Shown: positions 18,991 through 28,719 of the stretch, one piece after another
How the letters are laid out: the number at the start of each line of letters is the position of its first letter
How positions within the stretch are numbered: the stretch's first letter is position 1
NCBI GenBank assembly: GCA_047615735.1
Contig: JBLHHU010000003.1
Coordinates: 1-41,787 of the forward strand
Direction: 5' to 3'
DNA from: Kiritimatiellia bacterium
GTDB taxonomy: Bacteria; Verrucomicrobiota; Kiritimatiellia; UBA8416; JAIOPI01
DNA: 41,787 nucleotides
Position numbers and translations under genes: made by a program
Notes under the pieces: generated by a model
Database searches by the model: none
What the model saw: only the letters and a program-made list of their open reading frames with translations
Told to the model about the DNA's origin: nothing

Positions 18991-20052
18991 TTGAGCTTCA
19001 TTAAACAAATTTTTATACTGAGTCTTGCGCTCGCGCTTTTGGGCTGTACATCACAGCGCGAAGTGTCGCTGTCCGAGGTGCTCCAGCAGTTGGACGTTCA
19101 GGATGTCACAGCCGCTCCTGACACATCCGCGTCGCCAGATAAGCCTGATACGCCGTCGTTTCCGATGACCGCCCTCGAGGCAACATCGGCCGGTGCTCCG
19201 GGTGGCGACTCTGCAGATCAATCTACGATTCAGCCCGACAGTGTTCTTAAAATCAGTGTGGCGGAAGAGTCTGGATTAAACGGTTCTTATCAAGTCAACA
19301 AATTGGGTGCAATTAGCCTTGGCTACATCGGCCCCGTCATTCTTTTCAATATGACTGAGCAAGAAGCGGTTCAAAAAATTCAGGATATCCTGCTGCGCCG
19401 TGGTGAATTCAACAGTGCAACGGTCAGTGTCAAAATCCATCGCGCTTCCTACGATCAATGCAAGGTTCTGGGCGTGGTCAACTCGGCAGGGTCGATCAAA
19501 CTTGGGGCTGGAGACTTCGTGACCTTGAACAACGCCCTAGTGCGCGCCGGTGGCATTAAGGGCTCGGCCAGTAGTGCACGGGTCAGGGTGATTCGCGAAG
19601 GCATGAAGTCACCTGTTTGGCAGTCTTTGCCCGGGGAGGTTTATACGTTCGTCACCGAAGACGGCAAAGTACGCGTCCCTCATGTGACCTTGCGTAACAA
19701 TGATATCGCCTATGTGTTCACCTATACGCCGCCACGCGCCCGACATGCTCGTGCTATACGCGGCCAAGGAAACTGGGTCTTGGTGTTGGGCGAGGTCAAT
19801 CAGGAAGGCTTTTACCGATTCACGAAGGAAGAACGGTTCACCATGATGAACCTGTATTTCAAAATGGGTGGTTTGCCTCAGTTTGCCAACGATAAATCAG
19901 TGGAAGTTATTCGTCGCGATGGCGAAGGTTATGAAGAGCGTTTCAAGGTCAATGTCCGTGACATTCTCTCCGATGGTGACCCCGACAAGGACTTCGATCT
20001 GGAGGCGGGGGATCGAATTATCGTGAAAGAGCGCCGCCTTACCTTGTTCTAG
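18991..20052 (+). CDS. Polysaccharide export (OPX/Wza-like) lipoprotein with Poly_export and two SLBB domains
   Basis: Lipobox LLGC, IQPDSVLKISV…GAISLGYIGPV, VLGVVN…ALVRAGG and VLGEVN…MGG…LEAGDRIIV. Start is uncertain (TTG 18991 or 18982); the ORF-track start at 18853 runs through the promoter. Confidence 0.82.
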   Translation: MSFIKQIFILSLALALLGCTSQREVSLSEVLQQLDVQDVTAAPDTSASPDKPDTPSFPMTALEATSAGAPGGDSADQSTIQPDSVLKISVAEESGLNGSYQVNKLGAISLGYIGPVILFNMTEQEAVQKIQDILLRRGEFNSATVSVKIHRASYDQCKVLGVVNSAGSIKLGAGDFVTLNNALVRAGGIKGSASSARVRVIREGMKSPVWQSLPGEVYTFVTEDGKVRVPHVTLRNNDIAYVFTYTPPRARHARAIRGQGNWVLVLGEVNQEGFYRFTKEERFTMMNLYFKMGGLPQFANDKSVEVIRRDGEGYEERFKVNVRDILSDGDPDKDFDLEAGDRIIVKERRLTLF

Positions 20053-20100
20053 GTCGGCAGCACACATGCCGCCTTTGATCGATCCGGGCCTATTCCGCGA

Positions 20101-20129
20101 TTGAACACCTCCGCGACTTACGCTACGTT
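20101..20129 (+). promoter_or_regulatory. Putative sigma70 promoter of ileS
   Basis: TTGAAC-17 nt-TACGTT. Confidence 0.4.
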
Positions 20130-20185
20130 CTGAACCCTTTGAGGCCCGCGACACACGCTGAGCCGTATCCTATCTTGGTGAATCC

Positions 20186-23100
20186 ATGAGCGAAAAAACG
20201 TTCGACCCCGTCAGCAATAAGCTGAACTTTCCTGAAATGGAGCGCGACGTGCTTTCCGTCTGGGAGGCAAACAAAACCTTTGAAGCGTCACTCAAGCAAC
20301 GCGAGGGACAAAAGGAGTATGTCTTTTATGACGGTCCTCCTTTTGCGACAGGGCTCCCGCATTACGGCCACTTATTAGCTGGCACCATCAAAGACATCAT
20401 TCCCCGCTATCACACGATGCGCGGGCATTATGTGTCGCGCCGCTTCGGGTGGGACTGTCACGGCTTGCCGATTGAAGCCCTCGCTCAGGAAGCACTTGGC
20501 CTGTCGGGCACGGCCGCCATCCAAGAGGCCGGCATTGATGTGTTTAACGAAAAATGCCGATCGATGGTGTTGACCTATGTCGAAGAGTGGCGCCGTACGG
20601 TGACCCGCATGGGGCGCTGGGTTGATTTTGATGATGATTATAAGACCATGGACGTCGACTACATGGAGACGATTTGGTGGGTTTTCCAGCAGCTCTGGAA
20701 CCAAGATCGGATTTACCGGGCCCACCGCATCATGCCCTATAGTTGGAAGCTGACCACGCCGCTCTCGAATTTTGAGGCGGGCAGCAACTACAAAGAGGTC
20801 AACGATCCCGCCATCACGGTGCGCCTGCGTTTGACGTCTGGTGTCGAAGGCGAAGCTTACGCCCTAGCCTGGACCACCACGCCCTGGACGCTGCCTGGAA
20901 ATTTGGCCCTCTGCGCCGGACCAGACATTGACTATGTTCTGGTCAAAGACGCCGCGTCGGCGGAGCGCTACCTCATCGCGGAGGCACGTCTGGGGGTCTA
21001 TCACAAATCCGAGGACGAATACGACATTCTGGAACGCTACAAAGGACGCGATTTGGAGGGTTGGACCTACGAACCCTTGATGCCCTATTTCGCCGAACAT
21101 GAATCAGCATTCCGCATCGTGACCGATACCTTTGTCTCGACCGAAGACGGAACGGGCTTGGTGCATATGGCCCCCGCGTTCGGTGAAGATGATTATCGTG
21201 TCTGTCAGCGTGAAGGTGTGGCGATCGCGGACTACCTTGATACCGATTGCAATTTTACGGACGCCTGTCCGGAATATGTTGGGCAATTCTGCAAGGACGC
21301 TGATAAAGCGATCATTCGCCGCCTCAAAGACGAGGGTAAACTTGTACATCAGAGCACAATCGCGCACAACTATCCCTTTTGTGAACGCACGGATACGCCT
21401 CTGATTTATCGTGCCATCGATGCTTGGTATGTAAGCGTCGAAGCCATGCGTGACGATCTGGTGGCCAACAATGATCAGGTCCACTGGGTGCCCGATTATG
21501 TGGGTGAAAAACGATTTGCAAACTGGCTCAAGGATGCGAAAGACTGGAACATCAGTCGTAACCGATTCTGGGGCTCCTGCCTCCCTGTGTGGATCGCCGA
21601 AGACGGTTCAGACATGATCTGTGTTGGCTCCGTTGATGAACTGGAATCACTCTCCGGCGTGCGCGTTGATGATTTGCACAAACACACGGTCGACAAGGTG
21701 ATCATCGAAAAAGATGGTAAGGTGTATCACCGAACGCCGGAGGTGCTGGATTGCTGGTTCGAGTCCGGCGCCATGCCGTACGCCCAGTGTCACTATCCTT
21801 TTGAAAACAAGGAGCGCTTCGAATCGCACTTCCCTGCGGACTTCATTGCCGAGGGGTTGGACCAAACGCGCGGATGGTTTTACACCCTGCTGGTGTTGTC
21901 GACGGCGCTCTTCAAGCGCCCCGCCTATCGTAATGTGATTGTAAACGGGTTGATGCTGGCCGAAGACGGGCGCAAGATGAGTAAGCGCCTCAAGAACTAT
22001 CCCGATCCAAACGATGTTATCGACCGCTATGGTGCAGATGCCTTGCGGCTCTACATGATTTATTCGCCCGTTGTCCGTGCCGAAGAACTTCGCTTTTCAG
22101 AAAAAGGGGTCATGCAGTTGATGCGCGACATTCTGATTCCGCTCTGGAACGCCTACAGCTTCTTTGTGACCTACGCGAACATTGATCACTGGAAGCCTGA
22201 CCCCACACGTGCCGTGAGCGAAAATGTGCTCGATCGTTGGATTCGAAGCTCGCTCGAAACGCTCGTGCAGCGTGTGACGGAAGCATTGGACGCCTATGAT
22301 CTTCAGCGTGCCGTGCGGCCATTTGTTCACTTCATCGACGACTTGACCAATTGGTACATTCGCAGGAGTCGTCGCCGATTCTGGAAGTCACAGGACGACC
22401 TCGATAAAGCGCAGGCCTATGACACGTTGTACTATGTGTTGTTGCAGCTTAGTAAAGTGGCTGCGCCCTTTATTCCCTTCGTCAGCGACAAAATCTTTAT
22501 GAACCTACGTACAGAAGACATGCCGACATCCGTGCACCTGTCTGATTTCCCGCAGGAAGATGCCGACCATCGTGACCCCGAACTGGAAGCCCAGATGGCG
22601 GATATCATGACGGCCGTGCGTTTGGGGCGGCAATTGCGGTCTGACAACGAGCTGAAGGTCCGGCAGCCGCTAGCGGTGATGCACGTTGTGTCTCGCGACG
22701 CAGGTGTGCGAGCGCACATTGAAGCGCTGAAAGATATCATGCTTGAGGAACTGAACGTGAAGGCTGTGGCGGTAGGCGAGCAGGATACATCGCTTGCCAG
22801 CTTGCGCGCCAAGGCAGACTTCAAGGCGCTGGGGCCACGTTTCGGGCCACGCGTAAAGCAGGTCGCGAGTGCCATCACGGCCCTAACCTCCGAACAGCTT
22901 GAACCTTTGCTCGAGGGCCAAAGCGTTAGCATCACGTTGCAGGACGGGGAACGTGTCGAGCTGTTGGAGAGTGATTTTGTGATTGAGCGTTTGCCTCTTG
23001 AAGGCCTCGTTGTTGCGTCGGAAGGCCATTTGATTGTCGGACTGGATACAGAGCTAACGCCTGCATTGGAGTCCGAAGGCTTAGCGCGGGAGTTTGTGAA

Positions 23101-23329
23101 CAAGGTTCAGAATATGCGCAAGTTGGCCGACTTTGAGGTGACGCAGCGCATCCGCACGGTTTTCGTGACAACGGACACACTTGCCGACGCGGTCACCGCA
23201 TATGAATCCTATATTGGGACCGAGACGCTGGCGGTGACAACCGTGCGTGACGTCGCGGTAAGCGACGGGACGGAGTGGGACCTCAATGGCCACACGTGCA
23301 CGATTCGCGTCGAGCCTGTCGACGCGTAG
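20186..23329 (+). CDS. ileS: Isoleucine--tRNA ligase, type 2 (eukaryote-like)
   Basis: DGPPFATGLPHYGH, GWDCHGLP, WTTTPWTLP, WNISRNRFWG, EGLDQTRGWFY and KMSKR. Long C-terminus without a zinc finger; 1047 aa. Confidence 0.97.
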   Translation: MSEKTFDPVSNKLNFPEMERDVLSVWEANKTFEASLKQREGQKEYVFYDGPPFATGLPHYGHLLAGTIKDIIPRYHTMRGHYVSRRFGWDCHGLPIEALAQEALGLSGTAAIQEAGIDVFNEKCRSMVLTYVEEWRRTVTRMGRWVDFDDDYKTMDVDYMETIWWVFQQLWNQDRIYRAHRIMPYSWKLTTPLSNFEAGSNYKEVNDPAITVRLRLTSGVEGEAYALAWTTTPWTLPGNLALCAGPDIDYVLVKDAASAERYLIAEARLGVYHKSEDEYDILERYKGRDLEGWTYEPLMPYFAEHESAFRIVTDTFVSTEDGTGLVHMAPAFGEDDYRVCQREGVAIADYLDTDCNFTDACPEYVGQFCKDADKAIIRRLKDEGKLVHQSTIAHNYPFCERTDTPLIYRAIDAWYVSVEAMRDDLVANNDQVHWVPDYVGEKRFANWLKDAKDWNISRNRFWGSCLPVWIAEDGSDMICVGSVDELESLSGVRVDDLHKHTVDKVIIEKDGKVYHRTPEVLDCWFESGAMPYAQCHYPFENKERFESHFPADFIAEGLDQTRGWFYTLLVLSTALFKRPAYRNVIVNGLMLAEDGRKMSKRLKNYPDPNDVIDRYGADALRLYMIYSPVVRAEELRFSEKGVMQLMRDILIPLWNAYSFFVTYANIDHWKPDPTRAVSENVLDRWIRSSLETLVQRVTEALDAYDLQRAVRPFVHFIDDLTNWYIRRSRRRFWKSQDDLDKAQAYDTLYYVLLQLSKVAAPFIPFVSDKIFMNLRTEDMPTSVHLSDFPQEDADHRDPELEAQMADIMTAVRLGRQLRSDNELKVRQPLAVMHVVSRDAGVRAHIEALKDIMLEELNVKAVAVGEQDTSLASLRAKADFKALGPRFGPRVKQVASAITALTSEQLEPLLEGQSVSITLQDGERVELLESDFVIERLPLEGLVVASEGHLIVGLDTELTPALESEGLAREFVNKVQNMRKLADFEVTQRIRTVFVTTDTLADAVTAYESYIGTETLAVTTVRDVAVSDGTEWDLNGHTCTIRVEPVDA

Positions 23330-23341
23330 GCCTGTTGTTGG

Positions 23342-24406
23342 CTATCCGCCAATTTCTGACATGACGCGATCGGTTGCAAATTCGTCCTGATCAAGACCGT
23401 GGCCCCAGGGTTTTCGAAAAATAGCTTTTCGAATATGGGCATTCATGTCGGTCACGCTCTGTCCTTGTCGCAATGGCGTGCGGAGGTCGATTTCGTCTGG
23501 TCGCAAGAGGCACAGGCGCAATTTTCCGTCAGCCGTTAATCGTGCTCGATTGCAGCTGGCGCAGAAGGGCGCCGTGACCGAGCTTATGAAGCCCAAGGAC
23601 CCTTTGGCGCCGTGCAGGGCGAAGACGCGTGCTTCGCCATCCAGTGTTCCGTTGTTCTGCAACTCGAGGGGACCCAATGCGGCCGAAATACGATCGCGAA
23701 GTTCTTGCTCGGAGACAATCCGATCTTGTTGAAACGAGTGAATGCCGCCGCCAAAGGGCATCAGTTCAATAAATCGAATCTGCCACGGTTTGTGTTGCGA
23801 GAGTTTCGCCAGTTCGATCACGTCATCTTGGTCATTCCATCCGCGTACAACCACAGCGTTGATTTTGACCTGAAGGCCTGCTCGCTCTGCGGCGTCCAAT
23901 CCGTCGAGGGCATCTTGCAGTCTGCCCCAGCGTGTGATGTCGCGGTAGCGGCCCGGATGTAGTGTGTCGATGCTGATGTTGACGCGCTGTACGCCAGCGT
24001 CGCGCAACGGCCTTGCGAGATGGGCAAGTGTGATGCCGTTTGTGGTGAGGGCCTGAAATGCATCAGGGGCCGCATCTTGAACGTGCTTGATTAGTGTGGG
24101 TAAGGCCTTGAATAGCGTTGGCTCGCCGCCGGTATATCGGAATTTGTTGAATCCCAGCTTGGCGAAAATTTTGATCAGCGCTTCAAATTCGTCCAATTGA
24201 AGCATTTCGGGGTCCGGTTTGAAGGTCATGGATTCCGGCATGCAATAGACGCAGCGCAGGTTGCAGACATCCGTCAGAGAAATTCGTAAGTAGTTGATGT
24301 TGCGGGAGTACTGGTCTTGTAGGCCGGCCGTTGGCGGCGCGGCGAGTGTACTGCTATGGTCGTCCGCCCGTCGATATTTTAGCGTTTCTATATGTGTCGT
24401 GATCAC
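23342..24406 (-). CDS. moaA: GTP 3',8-cyclase (molybdenum cofactor biosynthesis)
   Basis: YLRISLTDVCNLRCVYCMP, TGGEP, RFIELMP, FCASCNRARLTADG…C and C-terminal IGG. Probable GTG start at 24406 after AGGA. Confidence 0.93.
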   Translation of the reverse strand: MITTHIETLKYRRADDHSSTLAAPPTAGLQDQYSRNINYLRISLTDVCNLRCVYCMPESMTFKPDPEMLQLDEFEALIKIFAKLGFNKFRYTGGEPTLFKALPTLIKHVQDAAPDAFQALTTNGITLAHLARPLRDAGVQRVNISIDTLHPGRYRDITRWGRLQDALDGLDAAERAGLQVKINAVVVRGWNDQDDVIELAKLSQHKPWQIRFIELMPFGGGIHSFQQDRIVSEQELRDRISAALGPLELQNNGTLDGEARVFALHGAKGSLGFISSVTAPFCASCNRARLTADGKLRLCLLRPDEIDLRTPLRQGQSVTDMNAHIRKAIFRKPWGHGLDQDEFATDRVMSEIGG

Positions 24407-24528
24407 ATTGCATATCCTAGATAGGCCGTATAGAATAGGCAAGCGTGCTCGGCGTGGCAATGGCGTCATTGCCGACAAAAACCGGATTCTACGTTCGAGC
24501 GAATAGATGACACGATGGAGGCATTGAT

Positions 24529-25044
24529 ATGAAAGAAGCTAATTTTAAAGGATACGTTGCCCTGACGGCGCTGAGTGCCGCTCTTGTTCTGTGCGCTATA
24601 GGGTGTTCAAAAAATGAACCCGTCGTCGTTGAAGGCGCTGCCCCCGCGCCCGATCCTGTTCCCGAGACTTTTTCGATTACATCGACCAACGAAGTGGTGC
24701 AGGAGATCGAGATTCCGGAGGTGTCGATGCAAAAGCGCGTTGAAGCGGATTTTAATCAGGATTCGTTGGAGGACATTGCCCTCGTTGAAGAAGACGCGTC
24801 AGGCAAGAGTTCTGTATCCATTTATCTTCGAACGAAGGATGACTCTGTGACGCGCTCCTACTACAAGGCCGGTGGCATACGCATGACGGGTGAGTTCAAA
24901 ATCACAGCGCTCATGAGCATGGCAAAGCGGGAGTACACAGACTTGGTTGTCATGCAGTTGTTCAACGACGGCAGAAAGGAGAGGGTCTTCTTTCGTACAC
25001 AGGGAACCGAATTCACCGAGGTTGAACGTACCGTTGTGAAGTGA
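24529..25044 (+). CDS. Hypothetical lipoprotein with an FG-GAP/DxNxD-like motif
   Basis: SD GGAGG, lipobox AIGC, Pro-rich linker and ADFNQDSLEDIAL. Confidence 0.75.
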   Translation: MKEANFKGYVALTALSAALVLCAIGCSKNEPVVVEGAAPAPDPVPETFSITSTNEVVQEIEIPEVSMQKRVEADFNQDSLEDIALVEEDASGKSSVSIYLRTKDDSVTRSYYKAGGIRMTGEFKITALMSMAKREYTDLVVMQLFNDGRKERVFFRTQGTEFTEVERTVVK

Positions 25045-25136
25045 GGCGCCTGGCCCTCCGCCCGTACGAGTCTTGTTTTTTAGGCGCACATCCGTATAGT
25101 GTTGTGTGTCCTTCCGCAATGAAAGTTTAAGCGCTA

Positions 25137-26045
25137 ATGCATATCGACGACATTTTTGAAAAGCATCCCACGACGACATTCTCGTTCGAGTTCTTTCCTC
25201 CCAAAACAGAGGCCGGCGCTCAGAAGCTTTTTGAGACGATTCGCCAAATTGAAACACTCTCTCCGGCTTTTGTTGATGTGACTTATGGGGCTGGCGGCAC
25301 GACGCGTGACCTCACGCACGATCTTGTGCTGCGCCTGCACAGCGAGTCTGACATCGCGACGATTCCGCATCTCACGACGGTCTGTCAGCGTGAAGACGAA
25401 ATTCGGGACATTCTCGAAACCTATGCGCGTGCAGGCATTAATAACATTCTGGCGCTAGGTGGCGATCCGCCGCGCAACAAGAGCGACTGGGATCGCAGCC
25501 AGGACACGTTTCGCTATGCGACGGATCTGGTTGAATACATTAAGCGCTTCAATGCCGAAGGCATTCATTCGGATCCGCGCGGATTCGGTATTGGCGTTGC
25601 CGCGTATCCGGAAGGGCACCCCGCCACACCGAATCGCCTCAAGGAAATGGACTATTTAAAAAGCAAGGTCGATGCCGGTGCGGACTATATTGTGACGCAG
25701 CTCTTTTTTGATAACGGCGACTTTTATGATTTTCGCGAACGATGTGAATTTGCTGGAATCAACGTCCCGATTCTTGCCGGCCTGATGCCGATTACCTCAC
25801 TCGGTGGCATGATACGCATGGCAGATTTTGCTGGCGGCACACGCTATCCGGCGGCACTGTTGCGCGCCGTGGATCGCTGTGGTGACGACGATGATGCCGT
25901 CAAGCGCGTCGGGATACACTGGGCCACGCAGCAATGCCTTCAACTGCTTGAGCATGACGTGCGCGGCGTCCATTTTTACACGCTCAATCACTCCGACGCG
26001 ACGCGCCAAATCTATGAAACGTTGGCCTTAACGCACGTGACCTGA
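25137..26045 (+). CDS. metF: 5,10-methylenetetrahydrofolate reductase
   Basis: FSFEFFPPK, VTYGAGG, PHLT, LALGGDPP, AYPEGH, TQLFF and HFYTLN. Confidence 0.96.
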   Translation: MHIDDIFEKHPTTTFSFEFFPPKTEAGAQKLFETIRQIETLSPAFVDVTYGAGGTTRDLTHDLVLRLHSESDIATIPHLTTVCQREDEIRDILETYARAGINNILALGGDPPRNKSDWDRSQDTFRYATDLVEYIKRFNAEGIHSDPRGFGIGVAAYPEGHPATPNRLKEMDYLKSKVDAGADYIVTQLFFDNGDFYDFRERCEFAGINVPILAGLMPITSLGGMIRMADFAGGTRYPAALLRAVDRCGDDDDAVKRVGIHWATQQCLQLLEHDVRGVHFYTLNHSDATRQIYETLALTHVT

Positions 26046-26215
26046 TTGACGTAACCGTTTTAGGGCAGACGGTCGCTGACGGGACCAAACCTGCGTCCGC
26101 CGGTGCGACGTTCCTGTGTTTTATTCCCTGCACGAATGCGTTAGAGTCAAAGTCGTTCAGCGCCAGAGTGGAATTGTCGTCTGTGGTGAGGCCAAGTGGG
26201 CAGGGTCGGGAGAGC

Positions 26216-27007
26216 ATGAGGATTATTGTTCAACAGTTGGGGGATGGCGTATTGGGTCGCTGGGCCACCACGTCGCGCATCCTCGCTATAGCGGGAACGG
26301 CCTGCGCGTTAGCCCTTCGGCCTTCGGCCTGGCCGGTGACCACCCGCGACGTCCTCGCGCGACAGGTGTATTTCACCGCAATTGAAGCGGTGCGCTCGGT
26401 ATCCGTTATCGCGGCTTTCGTCGGCATCGCCATTGTCGTTCAAGCACAAGTGTGGCTGATCAAGTTTGGGCAGACCGCCTATTTAGGGCCGCTGCTGGTG
26501 GCGGTCATCGTGCGCGAGTTGGGGCCCCTGTTAACCAGTTTTGTCGTGATTGGCCGCAGCGGGACTGCGGTGACGGCTGAATTGGCGACCATGCGAGTGA
26601 ATCGCGAAGACCGCGTGTTGGAGGCGCAGGGGGTTGACCCGTTTTCCTATCTGGTCATGCCGCGCGTCCTGGGCATGATGATCTCCGTTTTATGTCTAAC
26701 GCTTGTGTTCATCATTGTTTCTTTTTTTAGCGGATACCTGTTCGGAATATTGATGGGCATCACTGAGCAGGATCCGTTGACCTTTGCGGAGTCATTGATG
26801 ATGCATCTGACGTTTGCGGATGTCATGAATGTCCTAGCCAAAACGCTTCTGTCCGGTGCGCTCACGGGCGCCATCTGTTGCAATGAAGGGCTTGGCGTTT
26901 CCGGCGCGACAACCGAAGTCCCGCAAGCCGCTGGGCGCGCATTGCTTCGATCCGTGTTTGCCTTGTTTACGACCGCGTTTATCATTTCGCTGGTGTCTTA
27001 CTTATGA
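26216..27007 (+). CDS. MlaE-family ABC permease
   Basis: VRELGPLL…GRSGTAVTAELATMRV…LEAQGVDP…LVMPR and TEVPQA. Start ATG 26216 follows GGAG. Confidence 0.9.
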   Translation: MRIIVQQLGDGVLGRWATTSRILAIAGTACALALRPSAWPVTTRDVLARQVYFTAIEAVRSVSVIAAFVGIAIVVQAQVWLIKFGQTAYLGPLLVAVIVRELGPLLTSFVVIGRSGTAVTAELATMRVNREDRVLEAQGVDPFSYLVMPRVLGMMISVLCLTLVFIIVSFFSGYLFGILMGITEQDPLTFAESLMMHLTFADVMNVLAKTLLSGALTGAICCNEGLGVSGATTEVPQAAGRALLRSVFALFTTAFIISLVSYL

Positions 27008-27705
27008 ACGATAACGGGACCATACTGGCTGTTGACGTTGCTGAACTTGCGGCTGGACCGCCGTTCGACCTCGGGCTGAAGGACGTGCATCTTGAACTCG
27101 CCGCCGGACAGATGGCTTGTGTGCACGTGGCCGCCCACGAAGCCAATACGCCTCTGGCGGATCTTGTCATGGGCATGCTTACTCCGGACAAGGGCGTTGT
27201 GCGGTTCAAGGATACAGCATGGGCGTCGATGTCGGCATCCGACACGCTCGCCGCGCGAGCGACGATCGGCCGCGTTTTCAGCGCGGGTGCCTGGGTCAGC
27301 AACCTGGACATGGATGAGAACATCTTGTTGCGATGTCGGCATCATCGTAGCGATATAGACGATCAGGTTTCTATTCGTGTGCGTGCTTTGGCTGAGCGAT
27401 TCTCGGTCAGCGACATATTCGGGCAACGGCCCGCCTGGGTGTCGCGAAGCGCCGGCAAGCGGGCGCAATGGGTCCGTGCTCTGGCGGGACGTCCGGCCTT
27501 GCTTGTTCTAGAGCAGCCATTGCATGATGTTGAAGATCGATTTAAGGAGGCCTTTCTTGAGACGCTCGAGGAGGTTCGTGCTGACGGAACGGCGGTGCTC
27601 TGGGTGGGGCCGCAAACGCAGGGGATTACGATGGGGATGCCGATCGATCGATTTCAAGTCTTGAATGAGCGCTGGATTCCGGAGAGCATAGATGCGCGCC
27701 CATGA
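27004..27705 (+). CDS. MlaF-like ABC ATP-binding-fold protein with degenerate nucleotide-binding motifs
   Basis: The ABC scaffold is present (LKDVHLELAAG, PDKGVVRF, NLDMDENI, RALAGRPALLVL). Walker A GKS/T is absent, the signature reads VSRSA and Walker B reads LVLEQP. Confidence 0.8.
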   Translation: MNDNGTILAVDVAELAAGPPFDLGLKDVHLELAAGQMACVHVAAHEANTPLADLVMGMLTPDKGVVRFKDTAWASMSASDTLAARATIGRVFSAGAWVSNLDMDENILLRCRHHRSDIDDQVSIRVRALAERFSVSDIFGQRPAWVSRSAGKRAQWVRALAGRPALLVLEQPLHDVEDRFKEAFLETLEEVRADGTAVLWVGPQTQGITMGMPIDRFQVLNERWIPESIDARP

Positions 27706-27732
27706 AAATGCAGAAGCTGAAGTACGGACATA

Positions 27733-28710
27733 ATGAATAAGCCATTTAAATTTCGATATGTTCGTGAGATCGTCGGCTCATTCATGTTGCTGATGATTCT
27801 CCTGCTCGTCGGCGGCGTGATTCTGGCCGGTCGTGCGCAGGGTTGGTTTGAGCCTAGGCTGGAACTTCACGTACGCATGCCGGACGAAGGTTTGGCTGGC
27901 ATTCACAAGGGGTCGCCCGTCATGACGCTCGGGACCCAGGTGGGCGTTGTCGACGATGTGCACGTGAACGATGACGAGTCCCTTGAGGTCGTACTCTCCC
28001 TGAAGGGCGATTTTATTCGCTTTGTTCGATCTGATTCCGTGGCCAGTATTAAAAAGCAGTTCGGCGTGGCCGGCGATTCACTGATCGAGCTTTCGCGTGG
28101 CGTCGGAGCCGAAATTGACGGCGATTACCTGCCTCTCCCCGCTAAAAAGAATCGTGAAATTGTCGAATTGGTGGAGGAGCTGGTTGTCCAAGTGCAATGG
28201 GCCGTCATGCCACTGCTGGAGCAAGTTCGTGCGGCCGCTGAACAGTACACGGACGTGGGGATCGATTTGCAAAAAAGTGCCGTCTCGCTTCAGTCGTTAT
28301 TGGCAGGCCTGAACGATGTGGCGGCAGGCCTGAACGAGGGCGAAGGCACGGCCGGACGTCTGTTGAAGGACCCGTCGACGGTCGAGGAATTAAACACCTT
28401 GCTGCAATCCGCAAATCTTGTACTTACGAATCTGAGTGCGGTGGTTGGCGATGTCAAAAGCGTGGTCACCAATGTGAACCTGATGGTCGAGGATACCCAG
28501 GGTGTTATCAAAAACATCAAACGTGCATCCACAGGTGTTCCTGCTATGATGAATCAGACTGAAAGCACGCTCGATGATGTACAGTTGCTTTTGGAAGGCC
28601 TTCAGCGCCATTGGTTGTTGCGAAAATATATTGATAATCCGGACGTGCCGACCCGCATTCTACCGTCGTCTGCGGTTCCAATGAATGAGGGTAAGCTCGA
28701 AGAGCACTAA
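27733..28710 (+). CDS. MlaD/MCE-family protein with long helical C-terminus
   Basis: N-terminal TM anchor, GIHKGSPV…GTQVGVV, GVAGDSLIEL and GEGTAGRLLKDP. Confidence 0.9.
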   Translation: MNKPFKFRYVREIVGSFMLLMILLLVGGVILAGRAQGWFEPRLELHVRMPDEGLAGIHKGSPVMTLGTQVGVVDDVHVNDDESLEVVLSLKGDFIRFVRSDSVASIKKQFGVAGDSLIELSRGVGAEIDGDYLPLPAKKNREIVELVEELVVQVQWAVMPLLEQVRAAAEQYTDVGIDLQKSAVSLQSLLAGLNDVAAGLNEGEGTAGRLLKDPSTVEELNTLLQSANLVLTNLSAVVGDVKSVVTNVNLMVEDTQGVIKNIKRASTGVPAMMNQTESTLDDVQLLLEGLQRHWLLRKYIDNPDVPTRILPSSAVPMNEGKLEEH

Positions 28711-28719
28711 AGAAGGACG

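Noticed and set aside
20053-20185. T-box leader for ileS
   Set aside because: The region is too short and lacks the GGTGGNACC T-box sequence and terminator.
25045-25136. SAM/SAH riboswitch upstream of metF
   Set aside because: No recognisable SAM-I, SAM-II or SAH consensus elements in the 92-nt spacer.
26061-26110. c-di-GMP-I-like riboswitch before the MlaE gene (AGGGCAGAC…GGGACCAAACC)
   Set aside because: There is no GAAA tetraloop or receptor and no convincing second stem; the resemblance is superficial.
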